NCBI GenBank assembly: GCA_964304625.1
Contig: OZ199838.1
Coordinates: forward strand, 2,904,471 to 2,968,470
Length of the DNA stretch: 64,000 bases
Direction: 5' to 3'
Source of the DNA: Kudoa neothunni
Lineage: Eukaryota > Animalia > Cnidaria
How positions within the stretch are numbered: the stretch's first letter is position 1; the number at the start of each line of letters is the position of its first letter. A model generated the notes under the pieces. The model had not been told where the DNA came from. It saw only the letters and a program-made list of their open reading frames with translations, and ran no database searches. The position numbers and the translations under genes were made by a program. Shown here piece after piece: positions 39,401 through 54,296 of this stretch.

Positions 39401-40250
39401 CATTAATTAAGTTTAAACCTCATTGTAAATATGGTTGTGAACGCAATAAACATCATTTGTTCAAGAGCTCTGAGTCACCGTCAGTTCAGGTCGTTGTTAA
39501 ATGACCTTGATTCTGAGTACAGAGACGTTATCTAACATAACAACGTACGATGGTTGTTAAGTTTAGGAAAGATTTAATAATATGAGAGACGAAATTCGGG
39601 CTTTTCTTAAAATGAAAGATTTGAATTGTGAGTTTATTCATAATATAGACTGTGATGAATGGAGGTTTGAGGTTATGTTCGCAATTGAATCATTGAAAAA
39701 CTCAATGAATTAAACCTAAAGTTGTAAGGTAAACAACTCATGGTTTATGAAATGTTCAACCATTTTAAATCTTTTGAAGCGAAACTATCCCTTTTTATAA
39801 ATCAAAGAAATGAAGGGAAATTTACTCACTTTCCATTGCTTCCAAAAGAAAAAGTGCCTCCGGCTATTCGTTTATGAAAAAGCCATCTGAAATCTTTAAT
39901 TTTAAATACTCACATTGTTATTCTCTGTTGATGTCAACATGGTTCCCGGCGAGTTTCAGCTGGAACTGATAGATGTTCAATCTGATAATGTTTATTAAAT
40001 GAATTGTTTGTAGTTGTTCCACTAGTAGAATTTTACAATTCGTTACCTGCTAAGAGTTTTCCATGCCTTACAAATTTCGCTTCGGAAATATTTTCTATGT
40101 TTGGGTCAACTCATATTTGTGAGCAAAGTTTCTTCTGTATGAAAATTAATAAAAACAAGAATAGGTCTGCTGTCAGAAAAGAACCTACGAGCCGTACTCC
40201 TAATATCTTCGAACTAATAGCTTATAACCGAACCTTAAGCTATTAGTTCA
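36500..40250 (+). mobile_element. hAT (GTF2IRD2/Buster-like) transposon remnant, interrupted by piggyBac; ends approximate
   Basis: CLLCLESAAVL|KEYNL split by the insertion; KPFLNGEFIKEC; SLALDEC; LTTDG; FHCILNQESLC; dimerisation motif FGSTHICEQSF. Many stops. Confidence 0.88.
36669..38658 (+). mobile_element. piggyBac transposon with frameshifted transposase
   Basis: TTAA at 36665-68 and 38659-62; TIRs TCCTCTTACACA / CCCTCGTACACA; TVDEQLVTFRGRC, YIPNKPGRYG, TDNFFT, YNSTKGGVD and a C-terminal Cys-rich domain. Confidence 0.95.
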
Positions 40251-41309
40251 TGAAAATATTTAGTAATTTTTTTCTTTATATTCTAGTTTTATTTAACGTC
40301 TGAAATGCAACACCAATCGCTTCAGAGTTGAAACTTTATGATAAATATAAGTTTTATTAATTGGTATAATTAAGGGAAATTAAAAGAAATAATAAGTTAC
40401 GATAACTTTTCCTGGTGGAATTATTAATATAAATATATAAAACCTTAAAAGATGAACGTTACATTGATACTTACCAAAAATTAAGATTTTTTTGATTTCA
40501 TGTTATTTTAATCATAATTTGGGATTGTAATATTCCGTAATAAATTTTAAGAAAATTATTTCTGTAAGTAGATTATATTTATCACAAAAGATTTAATGTA
40601 ATCTGAAATATTATAAATCTAATTAATTTTTATTAGTTTAATCATATTCAAATTTATAATTTAGGTCTCATTTTAAAGTGGATGTAGTATTGAATTTTAT
40701 GCTTACAATAATTATAAAATAATTGCATCAGAATTATTTTTTATATATTTCATATGTACTCAATGAGTAATATTAACTCTTCATAATTTTAATTAAAATT
40801 AAAACTTATCAGGTATAAAACCTATTATTTCAATCGTAACTTGCAATAGTATGCCGATCATAAAATTTCTATATACAAAAAAGTTTAATTCTTTTTTAAA
40901 TTAATCTATACCCTAACATGTTTATTGTACCAAAAATGTTAGAAAAACCACCAATAGGTATTTAAGTTCTCAGAAAACACCTAATCAACAATGAGGCCCA
41001 CCACTACCACTACCTTAGAGGGTTGACTAAGTCATAGATACAATGTTTGTATATAAATTCATATACTTCCCTGATACACCCTTAGAAATAAAATAATTTG
41101 AGATTATATAATCCATATAAATATTAGCGGTTAAAAGGTCATTATTTTAAAATTATTGTAAAAATCGTATCATCATAAGAAGATACCGACAACATTCCAA
41201 CAGAAGAAATTTCAATTAAAACTAATAAGTTATCTGAGACTGAACGCATTAGAAAAATATCAAAACAACGTTGGTTTAAACACTTATAACGATAAATTAA
41301 ACAAATATG

Positions 41310-44300
41310 CTAATGTGAATCATCAGACTCTATAATATGTCCCTCAGAATCATCATCATCGTCTTCGTCATTACCGGACGAATCGGAGTGGTCAAGTCTA
41401 AAAAGAGGGATAGGAGGAACAGACGACGAATCACCCGAAAGATCATCCATAAATTCTTCAGCTAAATCATCGTCATCTTCATCTTCGTCTGGGTAGCCAA
41501 CAGTTCGATCTTCGAGATCATATCTAGAGTAGAAGAGGAAGAATTCCTTGGCTGAATATCCATCCTGTGTTCGGCAGTTTATGTATTTGATGTAGTTGTT
41601 TTCGTCGAAATGCTTTACTGCTAGTACCAGAGAATTTGCTGCAGGTGATATCTCTCTTGGCTATAGAATGAAAATTAATATGTGATTAGATTAAGACCAA
41701 ATGTAATGTATCATTCAAAAAAAGTTAAAAACACACGAATTCATCATCAACTATATATAAACTATACGACGTGTCATATCAACCCTCCTAATCATAATTA
41801 AAAATTTCAAAATTCACATTAACCTCGAAAGAGACTATGCACTGATATATTCAAGAAAAAAGACGTGCGAACGAACACTGAAATTTATCTTTTACTCTCT
41901 AATATACTCAAAAATGATTACATCCCAACGAATTTGGTGTCTTTAGGACCCATATTTTTATTTTACAATAATTATAAAAAAATTTCTTAATTCTAAGCAA
42001 ATTTTAAGAATATTCTACAGACAGAATTTTGAGAAAAAGGGTCGATTGTTTCGCCAATTAATGCTCGAAAATCCCATTCGGTAAGTTTAGTTGGAGTTTC
42101 ATAAATTTTCGTTAAAATTAGATCAACAATTTATTTATATACATTAAAATCAATTAATATTTATTCGGCAAACTGATTACACTCATTCAAAGAACGAAAT
42201 CGGTCAAAATATCTTCCACAACTTATACATCGAGTTTCTTTTATTATGTTTAAGTTAAAATCCATTATTTCAACCTCTTAGGAACAATATAGAACATATA
42301 TTTTAATTACTTTCTGATTCTGTGATTTATAACTAATAATGATTAAATAAATGTTATACTATTTAATTTTAAAGCATTTCAAGTTGATTAAAGGTCTAGA
42401 AATTCGAATTCTAAACGTACAACAACTATCGCAATTGAATTGAATGTTCAGCGAGCTTTTACGTTGCAGGTCTGTGGCTGTGGGCGGGGTTTTAAAAAAA
42501 TCAAGGTCGTGAAAAACGCTAGTTTAAATACAAAAAAAATATACTCGTATCTATTAAAGTTATTAATCTTCTCCCGATTCATTAATTACATTTTCAGATT
42601 TAATTTAAATTTATCGTCGTATTATTGGAATTTATTGGCGCGAACGCTCAATCATACTTAATGTCTAACATAGATCAATACACCCAATATTAAGTATTTC
42701 GCACTCCGTAGTTCAAGATATATTTTGAAATAACATTTAAATTTTCTAATAATGCACGGCAGTGCGTACTTAGTCATTATGTATCCGTGTCACGTTAAGC
42801 AATCTAATGTGCTGTCCTTCAATATCGTAAATGTTTAAACCTTGTATGATATAAGCTGAATAGGATACATAATTTACAATATAGATATTATTGTCGCACA
42901 TAACAAAGTTTTTGTTATTATTCAACGTTTACAGGTTTTCGATAAAACCCCAAGATTTTGTAAAAATGGAAAAAATCCATGATGGCCATAAAAACTCCGA
43001 GACCCTGAGAAAAACCAAGCCCCGGTATGAAATGCCACACAGCCCACCAAATTCGACTTGAGAGGATCAACTAATTCAATAAGTCATTATTCTCTCATAA
43101 CTCCCTCGGTAAAAATGTCCCAAAAACTTGTATGACATTTCGAAACATTCATTTATAAGTTATAGTAAAATAAAAATCCGGGGGTCCAAAGGTCCTCAAG
43201 TTCGTTGGAATGTGAATTTTATTTCAATACGAAATTTACGCAAATTATCTATCAACATTTCAAAATTTGTAAATATCGTAAATTAACGAGAATTACGAAA
43301 ATTACAAGTTTTTCGGATTAATATGCAAAATATTATAATTTTTAAATCAATATAAAATCACTTTTGGAATTAAAAGACCTCAAGTTCTTTAAAGTGTTAA
43401 ATTGAGTAAATACTGTTACCGTTAACTGTTGTCAAAAAGCACGCAGCTTATCCTCCAAGGCTACAACAATCACAATAATACCTACTATAGTCTAAACTCT
43501 ATAATGTCTAATTATTCATATTAACGTTATATTGGATGCAACAAGTATAACATTAAACAACTCCAATAAAAGTTAGAAAATAATTATCTTATTTAATTTT
43601 TCTTATGCAATGTGCAAGTAAGTAACAATTAAAACAAGATTTTTAATTACAGTTGATTCATCTTCATTAAGTGCGTTAGGTTCGTAGTTGAACGTTCCGC
43701 CACAAGCATCGTGCCAAGCTAAATTTCGAATTAATTAAATCACAAGATCATCTGACACAACAACAAAGATTTACGAGTGTATTCATTCATCACAATGAGG
43801 AAAACATCCAAGAAATTATGGTCCATTTCAACCATAGATACAAGATCATTGGCCAAAGTGTAACAACCATGTTTGTAATGTTGAATTTCGAAACAAGCTT
43901 CAGTCTCGATTTGGACAGGTATAGTTGTATCTTGATAATCGTCGTTTTGAACTTTATTGGTCTCATTATTTCCATTTATCTATAGACAAAAGATACTTAA
44001 TATTGTCCCCATGAAAGTGGGAGCACAATCAAACACCTACAGAATCATTTTCATCACCGGTGAACATATCGATTCCAGTAATTTTTGATATATAGCTGGA
44101 AAAAACCACAGATTTGAACATCTTTTTAATTTTATTTATGGTTGGATATTTGTCTTGAGCGAATTCCTCTTGCATCACATTCAAACGGCTAATATAACAA
44201 ATACATCAATCAATCAATTTTGTTTTACTGAGAAGTTTTTATAATACCAAATTTGTGGGAAATCTCGTTTTTTCCAATTTTGACAGGCGCCCTCATTCAC

Positions 44301-45760
44301 AGAATCTTCAATTTCTCTCAAAAGTTGTCGATGTACATCTGGCTGGTGGAAATGTTATTGAGAAAACAGATCACATCTACTTTTAGAAATCTTGCCAACA
44401 TCACTTGATATTCACTGGCCATAGAAGCTCTCAAACATGGAACAATTTTCTCGCCCAGAAACTCCTTGTTGATAATATCATGCATAATGTCTTTCTAAAA
44501 TTATTATTATTATCATTATTATTATCAACAAAATAATGAATAAAAATAGTAGCTACAGGTTCACTATCACTGTTGATGGTAGTGAATTGTTGGTAGTTCC
44601 CAAATGATGGAGGTGTTGTTGGTGTTTTTACTTGAGTAGACTCATTGTACAAAAACCATCCAGTAAGTGCTTTTCTTTGTTTGAATGGACTGAAAATCTC
44701 TTCAACCTAATTCGATTTTTAGTATTGTTTCCAACTCATTAACATGAGCAAAAATTGCTGGTGGCAATTATAAAAATCAATATCATACAGCATGGAATGA
44801 CTTTGGTGAAACTTGGAACAATGCAATCGAATTTCTTTTAGGAATGTATTTTTTAACTGCATTCTTCGCATAACCCATTATATCTAGGATAAATGTGTTC
44901 AATAATAAAATACAAAAAAATGACTGAACAATAGCAGATGATAAATTTTAAAAGTATTCATGTTAATTCATCATTATTTATAACTCGAATCGATTACATC
45001 TATCATACAATTCCAGATGTCCTCCATCTTCATCGACCCAGTCGTTTGGGGTGAGATAATAGATAAAAGCGATGGCGCGTTTATCTGTTTGATCGTCATG
45101 ACAAAGTAAATAATCTAAACAACCATGGGTTCTAATTATAGAAATCTGTTTGTTGTTTTAAGTTCGCACCTGAATAGGAGTAATTGGAGAAGAATATATC
45201 ATTCGATTCACTAAAGGTAATCCCAGAGACATTCACCAAGATTTCTTTCAGCGGATTTATAATAAGTTTACTTCAAATATTATTATGGATTAATCAAATT
45301 TCTAAGAAATCCGGTCATTAAAAATCTACTGAGTTTTTTCCATTGCAGACCAATTTCTGTATCCATTCAAATCAAGACTCTAAAATTTATGGTCCTCTTT
45401 TAATTTTTGAAACAAAACTAGAATGTACTTGTTTGAAATTAAAAAGATCATTAACTTTCACATCCAATGGAATACGTGAATAATCTTCTTCAAGTCCTTT
45501 TACTTGATCTTCAGGAAGTACATTTTCTATGATAATATGCTTGAATGGGTAAGAATAGTAGGTGATTTGAGATTTCCCATGGCTAACAGTCTCAAATTCG
45601 TCATTGTTAGGTGTTCTCTCCTCCCTTACAAACACATAACAACATTAACGTTCAACTCAATAACAAGAGAAACAACAATAGGATACTTTCTCTGAAACTT
45701 GTTGCTCATCTCTTTCAACACTGAAAGGTTATTGGACAAGTACGAAAGAAACGAATCCAT
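41310..45760 (-). CDS. OGFOD1: OGFOD1/Tpa1 ribosomal prolyl hydroxylase, multi-exon; last intron about 2 kb (41661-43650)
   Basis: YPFKHIIIENVL; NDLFNFKQ; DYLLCHDD...RAIAFIYYL...DGGHLELY; RKALTGWF; second domain HYKHGCYTL, WHDACGG; last exon PAANSLVL...YIKYIN. Confidence 0.9.
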
Positions 45761-46202
45761 CTATGCAGCTGATATTATACTGTTGTCACGTGGCTCGTTT
45801 AACTCACATGTAGAGATTTGATTGGGACACGATTAATGTGGATGGCTGCTGCTGTTTTTTGTTTAGCATAATTTAAATATCCATTTTTAGTAATTACTTG
45901 CGATAATTATCAAATTATGAAATTTATTTGGTTGATTTGTTATTTATGAACAATTAGTTAACTGTTGATTTTCTTTTTAATGCTTTGTTGATGTGCTGTA
46001 ATCTTACATGAATAATATTCAGGCAGGTGAACCGATTGATATCTGCCTCTCTATCAACAAACAATAGATCATTTATCCTCGAATAAATAGAATAGACCCT
46101 CATAAAATAAGTGCTCCATCAATCAGTTATACATTCCTATTGATATTTTATAATAATTGAGGGTTATTATGTCGTCTATTTGGTTAGGTTTCGGGCTTAA
46201 CT

Positions 46203-47470
46203 ACAGTATACCTGTATCAACTTTGGGCTCAAAAGAAACCATTCGTCAAAACTCGGCTATATGTTTAATCTGTGTATCGTCTCACTAAATATTGAATGTA
46301 GGGTTTTTCGAGCTATTTCGTCGCGTGTGCTTGCAATCATCGTTATTAGTATAGATTCAACCATATTTACAAATTAATATTATGAGTAATTATACTCATA
46401 AGGATCTGCTAATTATAGACTTTATTAGACAGCAATCTTCCTCTGGTAAGAAGAAAAAACAAGTTAACGATGACATAAGGATAGTGGTCATCAATCAAAC
46501 GATAAAATATATAAGAAATTCGCATAATGCAAATGATTTTGGACTTCCGAGTACCACTGTTGCGTCTATTGTGACATCGAATGCAAAAATTGGGAAAACC
46601 AAAGCATCTGAGAGAGGAGGTGATCATTGTTCAAAGCTCTCAATGGAACAAAAACCCATCTTAGAAATTGGGTAGATGAGGACATGACTATCACATTATC
46701 ACATTGAAGGCGCTCTCTGTTAAAATTTTAGATGAATGCGGAATTAAGGTGGGTCTTAACACCATAAACAGATGCTTAAAAGAGTTTCATTACTCACTAA
46801 AAACTTTAACCATCGTCCCTCAAAGAAGAAACTACGAGTCTACTCTAGAGGGACGGTTTTTATATTCTCAGAAATTTAACACCAAAATGTTGGAGAGCGA
46901 AGACAAAAACTTCATTTTTATAGATGAAGTTGGTTTCGTGCGGTACTAAATCTGGTCACTCTTTAACAAGAACATCTGCATACGTCCGTGACGGTGTCGG
47001 TGTGGTAAGAAGCAAGAACATTTTCATAGTTGCCGCCATGAATAAGTATGGCATGATATTCCATAAAATAAACCATCGGCCTGTTAATGGTGAAGGTTTC
47101 AAAGCATAGTTCCTCGTGGAACTTGTAAATGTCTCTAATGAAATCAGCATTTAAACTCCTTGCTTTATTTTTGATAATGCGATTATACATCAGTATAAAG
47201 GACTGCAAGAGTTAATGCAACAATTAGAATTGAATCTATTATACTTGCCCCTTACTCTCCATATCTTAACCTTATTGAGAATTGTTTTAGTAATTGGAAG
47301 AACTATGTCGTAAGAAGTCAATCGAGAAACGAAACGGAGCTATTAAATTATATTGATGAAGGATTCCAAACTATTTCTTCTGTTTTTTGTGGCGGATATT
47401 ACAAAAAAATGCTCCGATATATCGTACGTTGTTTAAATAAAGACACGATATTAGAATAGAATTAAAAAAA
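46203..47470 (+). mobile_element. Tc1 DD34E transposon remnant
   Basis: FIFIDEVGF, FDNAIIH and YLPPYSPYLNLIE (D-34-E) across frameshifted ORFs. TA|CAGTA at the left; right TIR not located. Confidence 0.85.
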
Positions 47471-47779
47471 TATGATATCAGTTTTAATTATTTATTTTTT
47501 TATACTCATAATGTTTTATAATAAATTTTTTTTTAATTATTTAATAAAAACCCTATATTTACAAAGTGTGCTTAGTTCTCTTTTGTAATATTTCCTTCGA
47601 AGAAAATTGTTTGATCTTTTTAATCATACAAGCTTTCTGGATTTTTGTTTGTGATTTTCCTGTATTTACTTTCAAAAACGCCATAAATAGACACAATCCT
47701 GTTGTTATGGATTTAGTTATTATAAACTATACATTCTTTTTGAATAAAAATTCCATGAATCAAGCATAAACTTTATGAA

Positions 47780-48360
47780 CTATTGTATCAAGTTCATATC
47801 GCGGATCCTTTTTCGACGCTATTATTTTGTTCTCAAGAACTTCTTGATTCCTGTAGCGAGAGATTTTTAAGAAACATTCACCATTTTAGTTTATTCCCCT
47901 AATCAACCCAAACTAAAACTTAAAACTTAAACTTAACTTAAAACCAAAACTGTCGGTTTTTTTGTAATTCTTCCGATGATGTATTTTCTTTCGGAGACAA
48001 CAGTCTCATCTAAATGAACTACAACATCTTTCTTACAATTTTTGTGCATTCTTCATCTAGTTTTGAAGCTACCAAAAATTGTCGTATACTTTTCCACTCT
48101 GATATGGTGGAAAAAGTTGCACTATTGTCATGATGTTGTATGTATGCGTTTTCCGAGTCCATCATTTGTCTTTTCATTTTTATTGTTTATATTTTATATT
48201 TGTTTCAGATTCCTCTAAGAATTCCATTGATAGCTTTTTTAGGAATTATTTTCTTCATTGAAGTAGAGCCGACTAAGAAATCGAGGGTTCCTAATCCCAT
48301 ACGGTTGAAATGTATTGTATCCCGCCACATCTACTCTACTTTGCTGTAAAATACAGACGT
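47780..48360 (-). mobile_element. Merlin/ISXO2-like transposase remnant
   Basis: Frameshifted CTKI..KDVVVHLDETVVS.RKY..GRI, then ECFLKI...VEKGSAI, resembling Merlin KIGG..VEIDES...RKY.RGR. Confidence 0.55.
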
Positions 48361-48399
48361 TAGCCTGTGTCTAGTAGCTCTTTTCGTAGAATATCATCA

Positions 48400-48930
48400 C
48401 ACAAGCTGATTGAAAGTACAACACCACGTTTGGACATATTTAACATAGAATTATCTTAAGTGTTGATTTTTCCTTTTCATGACCTGTATCAGAATCAACG
48501 CTCCAACAAATACTTTGAGATCTGTAACGTCAATTTTCTTGTAATGTAACTTTTCAGCAACAATTTATGTATTGAAAAAAGATACAATAATATCCAAAAT
48601 TTTATTATTGAAGAAGTTAAATAAAGCATCATTCAGAGATGAATATTTTTGTAGAGCTGATCGTCTAAAACCATAATTTCTATCAAATATATTTTTAGAA
48701 TTTGTTCAACTTTTGATTCAAGTTGGTTGAGAATACCACTTTGCATTGTCCTTCCCCAGTAGAAATAGCATGTTTGACGAATCCTCAATTTATATATCAT
48801 TGTTTAAATCATGGACATTGTCAATGAGTTCGTCAGTAACTTTATCTGTTACCTCCAAAGCTGTGGATCCAATTATATCAGTAACATCTAATGAAATAAA
48901 CATGAAACTCTCGCCATTATTACTTGCTTG
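48400..48930 (-). mobile_element. piggyBac transposase N-terminal remnant
   Basis: GKDNAKWYSQPT...NIF...ILDIIVS parallels LKNGEKWSKQPT...NIF...ILDLIVE at 37200-37380. Confidence 0.6.
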
Positions 48931-49085
48931 ACTGATCACTTAATACGTACACCCCTTTTTATACAAAAAATGGCGTATTATATTCCAAAATAATGGATAG
49001 TAACCTAAACATATTGGAAAAATTTGATAATATATTAGAAACATCCAGGAAAATATAAAAAACTAAAATAACTCATTGTCTAGAT

Positions 49086-49469
49086 CTGAGGTTCTCAACT
49101 GGGAGTAAATTTACCTCCTAAGAGTGAAATTTAGATGATAAGGGGTAATAAATTAAATGATATCAAAATTGAATACAGGCAATTTTAGCATAATACGGTT
49201 TGTTATGTACTTGAAGATTTTTATGGAGTTATATTATTCAGGGCTATTAAAGTAGATGAAGATGTTGGCAGAGATGCTTAATAAACTTGCAGGAATAAAT
49301 ATTTAACAACTATTTATCAACTATTATCAGGCTCCTCTTTTATGGATCGTTTCTCTTTTTGGGCATACTCCAACATTGCTTAAATAAGTACACAATCTTT
49401 AAGGTAGATATGAATTAAACTTTCAAGTTAAGGGGGTAAATTTGAAAAAATAACGGTTGGGAACCCCTG
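49086..49469. mobile_element. Non-autonomous hAT (Charlie-like) element
   Basis: TIRs CTGAGGTTCTCAAC / CAGGGGTTCCCAAC; degenerate 8-bp TSD GTCTAGAT / GCCTACAC. Confidence 0.65.
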
Positions 49470-49483
49470 GCCTACACTAGATA

Positions 49484-49983
49484 CCGTATTTCAAGATCAA
49501 CTTGCGACCAGCACATACGATTAGGTAACATTTCAAAATAATAATGACTATGAAAGAGTATACGCTAATCTTGACAATTCTAAACGGTCTGCCATTATGG
49601 AATTTTTTTATGTAAGGTGTTGTAATTGCAAAAATGATTTAATTTAATTTTTAAGGACAGATGTTATTGTTGACCAAATCAATAACAGCGGGCATAAAGT
49701 GTTGTTCTACCGCCGTATTCTCTGTTATTAAATTCTTTTGAGGAATTGTTCAATCAAATTAAATTGCTTTCTTAAAAACAAAGCTCCACAGAATAGAGAC
49801 GAGCTGCATAATGCATAATGCCATCATGGATACACCTAATCAAATATCGTCAGAACAATGCTCTAACTATTTAACCACTCTGAAACCTATTTTACTTTTA
49901 CTAGACGCCTAAATTCTGAGGTTATTGAAAATTAATAATTTACAACATTTTTGTTTTTGTTGCATGTTGATCTTGAAATGCTA
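49484..49983 (+). mobile_element. Internally deleted Tc1 element related to the one at 1-782
   Basis: TA-flanked TIRs CCGTATTTCAAGATCAACTTGC / (reverse complement) TAGCATTTCAAGATCAACATGC; internal LFLPPYSLLLNSFEELF. Confidence 0.8.
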
Positions 49984-51233
49984 TAATCACACAGTTCATG
50001 ATCATTTGTACACAATGTGCTTCAATTGTATACACCTTAAAATGATAATTAAGCTCATTCACTAATTCAATTTTTTCGAATAGTCATTGTTATGAAATTT
50101 ATAATACATTATATACAAAAACCATAGGGATAGACTGAAGTGTTACCTTCTTAAACGCTTGGACGTGAACACTCATTGGAATTTATACATCTATAAATAA
50201 TTTATTTCATCTTCACGAAATTTAGTTTTAAAAAAATTCTTCAAAATGGGGTATGCAAATTATCTACATTGAAAATATTAATATATTTAAAACACACATT
50301 GGTGGACCGCTTGTCCAAGGCGCCCAATGAAACTATCGAAAAAAACACAATAATATTATTAAAATAACAAAAATTTTTATTTTAAAATATGAAATACCAT
50401 AAGAGTGACGACTATGATGACCCTTCTCCAAGTGCTCCAAATGCATTTCGATTCGTTCACCGACTTACAAATAAGCAAGGAGCTGTTTGTTTTCTTTCAC
50501 CTGTTTTGAATGATGGTCGTGGATGCAGACGGATTATAAAAACAGGATCATCAAGTGACAAAGTACATTTATTTTTGAGAAAAATGTTTATTAACTATTG
50601 ATAAGGTAATTCATAAACATGTTCAAGCAGAACACAAAGTTAATCTATGAATATTAATTGCTTCTTAAAATAAAATGAGAAAGAATGATATAACAAATTA
50701 AAAAAAAAATAAAATCCCGAAATTGGCAAGTCTAACCAGGGGTTTTTCTTTATAAAAAATTTTAATGAGTATTTAAGGTTATTAAACAATCGATATTTAA
50801 AATAAATGGCGAAAAGTGTATTTTATTTAAACACAAATTATATTGGAAATTTTACAAGGAAAAATTTAATGAATAACAAATTTTTAAATCGACGTACTCA
50901 TGCTTGTTTTATACGAAAGTCTATTAGATATTCTGGTTGCTAGATTTTATTAAAATATTTGAATTTTTGTTATCTTTTATATTTTTTTTGTTGAATCAAT
51001 AAATTTGTTCACAGTATTGTATTAAAGAAGTTATTGTGTGTTATGATATAACACTAGGATATCTCTATGAATCCCTATAATTCATCAAATGAATATATTT
51101 TTGATTTAGTATAAATAAAATCTTCCAATGCAGTTTCACGGGTTAGGATAATTTGAGATATAAAGAAAAATTAATCACTCCATGTAATAATAGTGATAAT
51201 ATAGTTAAACGAGTTTTTAAATTGACGGTTGCT

Positions 51234-52155
51234 TTAAGGGGCCACAAACTCTAAGGTTAAATTCCTTATTTTATGATTTCCAAGCAGAATATTAGCATAT
51301 TCAAGGTTGTTGTGGGTATCACGGTAAGCTAAGTGATGATCCTTGTACATCCAATCTAAATTTTTTTATTCATATGGTTAAAATTATTAATATTTTAATT
51401 GAGAATTAAGTTTAATAAATTTACAAACAGGAATTAATTACTTGTTCTAAAGATCCTCTGGAAGTCGGTACATTGTTCGTCAATATAACATAGCTCATTT
51501 GAATAATTAAGTATTTGTCTTCTCATCTAATTTTCAATATTATACGAAAGCGGTTTTAGATGGGAAAATAAATTATTATTACCTCTTGAGTAATTACAAA
51601 CTTATTATTAGCAAGTTCAAGGCGATAAATGAAAAGAATCAGCTATCCTGCAGTTAATTACATTACAAACAATTTTTCATACAATACAAGGTAAGCAAGT
51701 GACTTTTTCCTTAAAATAGATGACTAAATTGATAAATGGATTCATTAACCTACTGACTACTAAGAATTTACTGTCGTTATCATTGCAACTGGCGAAATAT
51801 TTACAAATTTCGTCAGGTTGTGGGTACATATTGACAAAGGCGTTCACCTTGGGTGTTACTTTTCGAATTATGCTTCTCTACATTTATGTTAAAAGAATTA
51901 ATTAATAAAATTACTTTTATTTCACTATATTTAAATAAATTTTTATCATATAACTCCAATAAAGTTGTTATTATTTGTCGAAGAGGTGCGCCTTGCATTG
52001 TGAACTGAAATTAGTTATTTACATATTCATTTTTTGGACTAACAATTCTCACGGGGCTTCCTAACGTGATTTCAAAATTGAGCAAATCTAAATATATATT
52101 TTAAAATGAAATTTCACTTATAGTTACGAAACGAAAGCAGAAAAAATGTTAACAT
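51234..52155 (-). CDS. Secreted saposin-like (permuted) protein, copy A, 8 exons, about 180 aa, intact
   Basis: Spliced: MLTFFLLSFHLLNFEITLGSP-FTMQGAPLRQIITTLLELY...YPQPDEICKYFASCNDND-IIYFKEKVTCLPCI-LILFIYRLELANNK...ILNYSNELCYIDEQC...LEFVAP*. Exon phases shared with copies B and C. Confidence 0.75.
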
Positions 52156-53360
52156 TGATCCCAATATTAATTAAAAAATTGTAGATATTATCTAAAAATA
52201 TTCCGCTCATATCTTCTTATGATTTCTATAATTTCTATGGATACACAACCGCTGATAATCTAAAATTGAAATTTCTTAGGAAGCATAAAAAGAAATGATT
52301 ACGTTATCTGTATTTTCTTATTTATAACAGATAAAAATACAAGTACTTTATATAGTGGGTCTCTTAATTGAACTCGGCATTTTTTTCATTCAATTAAAAG
52401 TTTATGTAAAATATTAAAAATTCTTTTATGAAGCATTGGTTTATTTTTAGTTAAACATAAATAAATCTAAATTGAAAACAGTTAATTTATGGTTTAAGCG
52501 CAATTCTTAAAAATTTATTTGTCTGTTCCTCACTTTATCTACATTCAAATCTGAACAGATAATTATCTAAAAATAGATGGTTTATCTATAAATAATTAGT
52601 TTTTAACAAAATATTAATACTGAAAACTTTCATTGTGGTTCTAATGCGAAAATGCATGTAATGCATTGATTTTCTACTTTCCAATTTTTTCGTTGCATCC
52701 ATACACAACTCTATATATATATGTATATATAATTAATTCGTCCTCTGTTTATAATTCATATTTCAGAAAAAATTCGTATAGTATTATCATAATTTAATAA
52801 AATTGGGTGATTAAATGGCAATACTCCTGGCGTAATGAAATGTATTATTTTAAATTATAAATTCGTGATGCGGCAAATTTTCATTAATATTTACTTTTGG
52901 GTGTATATTGCGTTGTAAAAATGGTAGAAAGATCTCGTACTTAAAATTTCCGTTTATTATAGTGTAAACTATAAAAATTAAGTCTTTGGAAAAGGTGGTT
53001 TTAAACTTTGTTACATGTAGCATCATTACAAAATAAATTATATTAATTTCTTTTTATTTTCCATTAAATTATCACTTAACTGTTTTAATATTTTTTACCA
53101 AGAATGAATTGAAGTTAATATTTCATATTGATTAGACCCAAATAAAAACATTAGGGGTTGTATTAAATGGGTTTTGAGGATTATATGTAAAATTGCAAAA
53201 TAATGAAATAAAATATTAAATATAAAATAACCATATAATATAAAAACGTCTCTATTTAAAATAGCCTAATAATAGAAGAAATGATTATAAATGCATTGAA
53301 AAAATAAATATACACATTTTGATATTATTAAAACATTTTTCTAGACTAAGTGCGAATATT

Positions 53361-54296
53361 TTAGGTTGATTCCATCTTTAACGCAATATTTGTTATTTTA
53401 AGATCTTTAAAAAGAATTATGACTTCTTCAAGGCCGTAACGATTTTGATAGCCGTAAGATACATGATTCATCAATTTTATTTCTAAAATTTACAATTATA
53501 TATATATATATATTATCACGACGATATTATTTTGTTATAAACGTCATGATAACTACTTGAATTAAATGGTCGCTGAGAATCGTTGCATTTTTCAATCAGA
53601 TAACACAAGTCGTTTGCGTAATTAAGAAATTCTTGTAGCATCTATAGTTTAAATCAAACGTGAATTTATAACGATCAGAATAAAATTTTTGGAACATTAA
53701 ATATTTGAGGAACTCAACGAAATCAAAGAGATTACTTCGCCAGTAACGTCAAATGTTTTTGCCAGGCCAAGTCGATAAATATAAAGAACCAGCTATACCG
53801 TAATCAGAAAAAATAAACAAATTAAGCATACAACACAAGGTAAACAAGAATAATCTTCCCTAAAAATAAGAACTAAATCAAGAAAAATTTACTTAGCGTT
53901 GGTATACAAAAACTACTTGTTGTGCCGTCGCAAATGGCAAATATTTTACAAATTTCATCTTGATCGGGGTAAATACTCAAAAAATATTCTATATTATGTG
54001 TAGCTTTTGCAATAATACTTGTCTATAAAAGTTTTAGTGGTTGGCCTTTAAAATATACTTTCGTGTAGCTGTATTTGAATAAGACGCTACAATTCAGATC
54101 CACTAAAGCTTTCATTATTTGATAAAGGGGAAGACTTGATATTGTAAACTATAATAAATCATTAAAATATACTAATAATTTATTAGTAAATTTTACGAGT
54201 GTTGGTGTTGTGATTTTAATGTTTAAACAATCTAAAAAGGATTAAAAATAATCAGCGTCACAACTTACAAAGAAACACCACACATAACACCAGCAT
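53361..54296 (-). pseudogene. Saposin-like family copy B, frameshifts in exons 2 and 7
   Basis: Same exon layout (YPDQDEICKIFAIC, SCLPCV, FLNYANDLC). Exon 2 is 33 nt versus 35 nt; TGT ATC TGA in exon 7. Confidence 0.7.
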
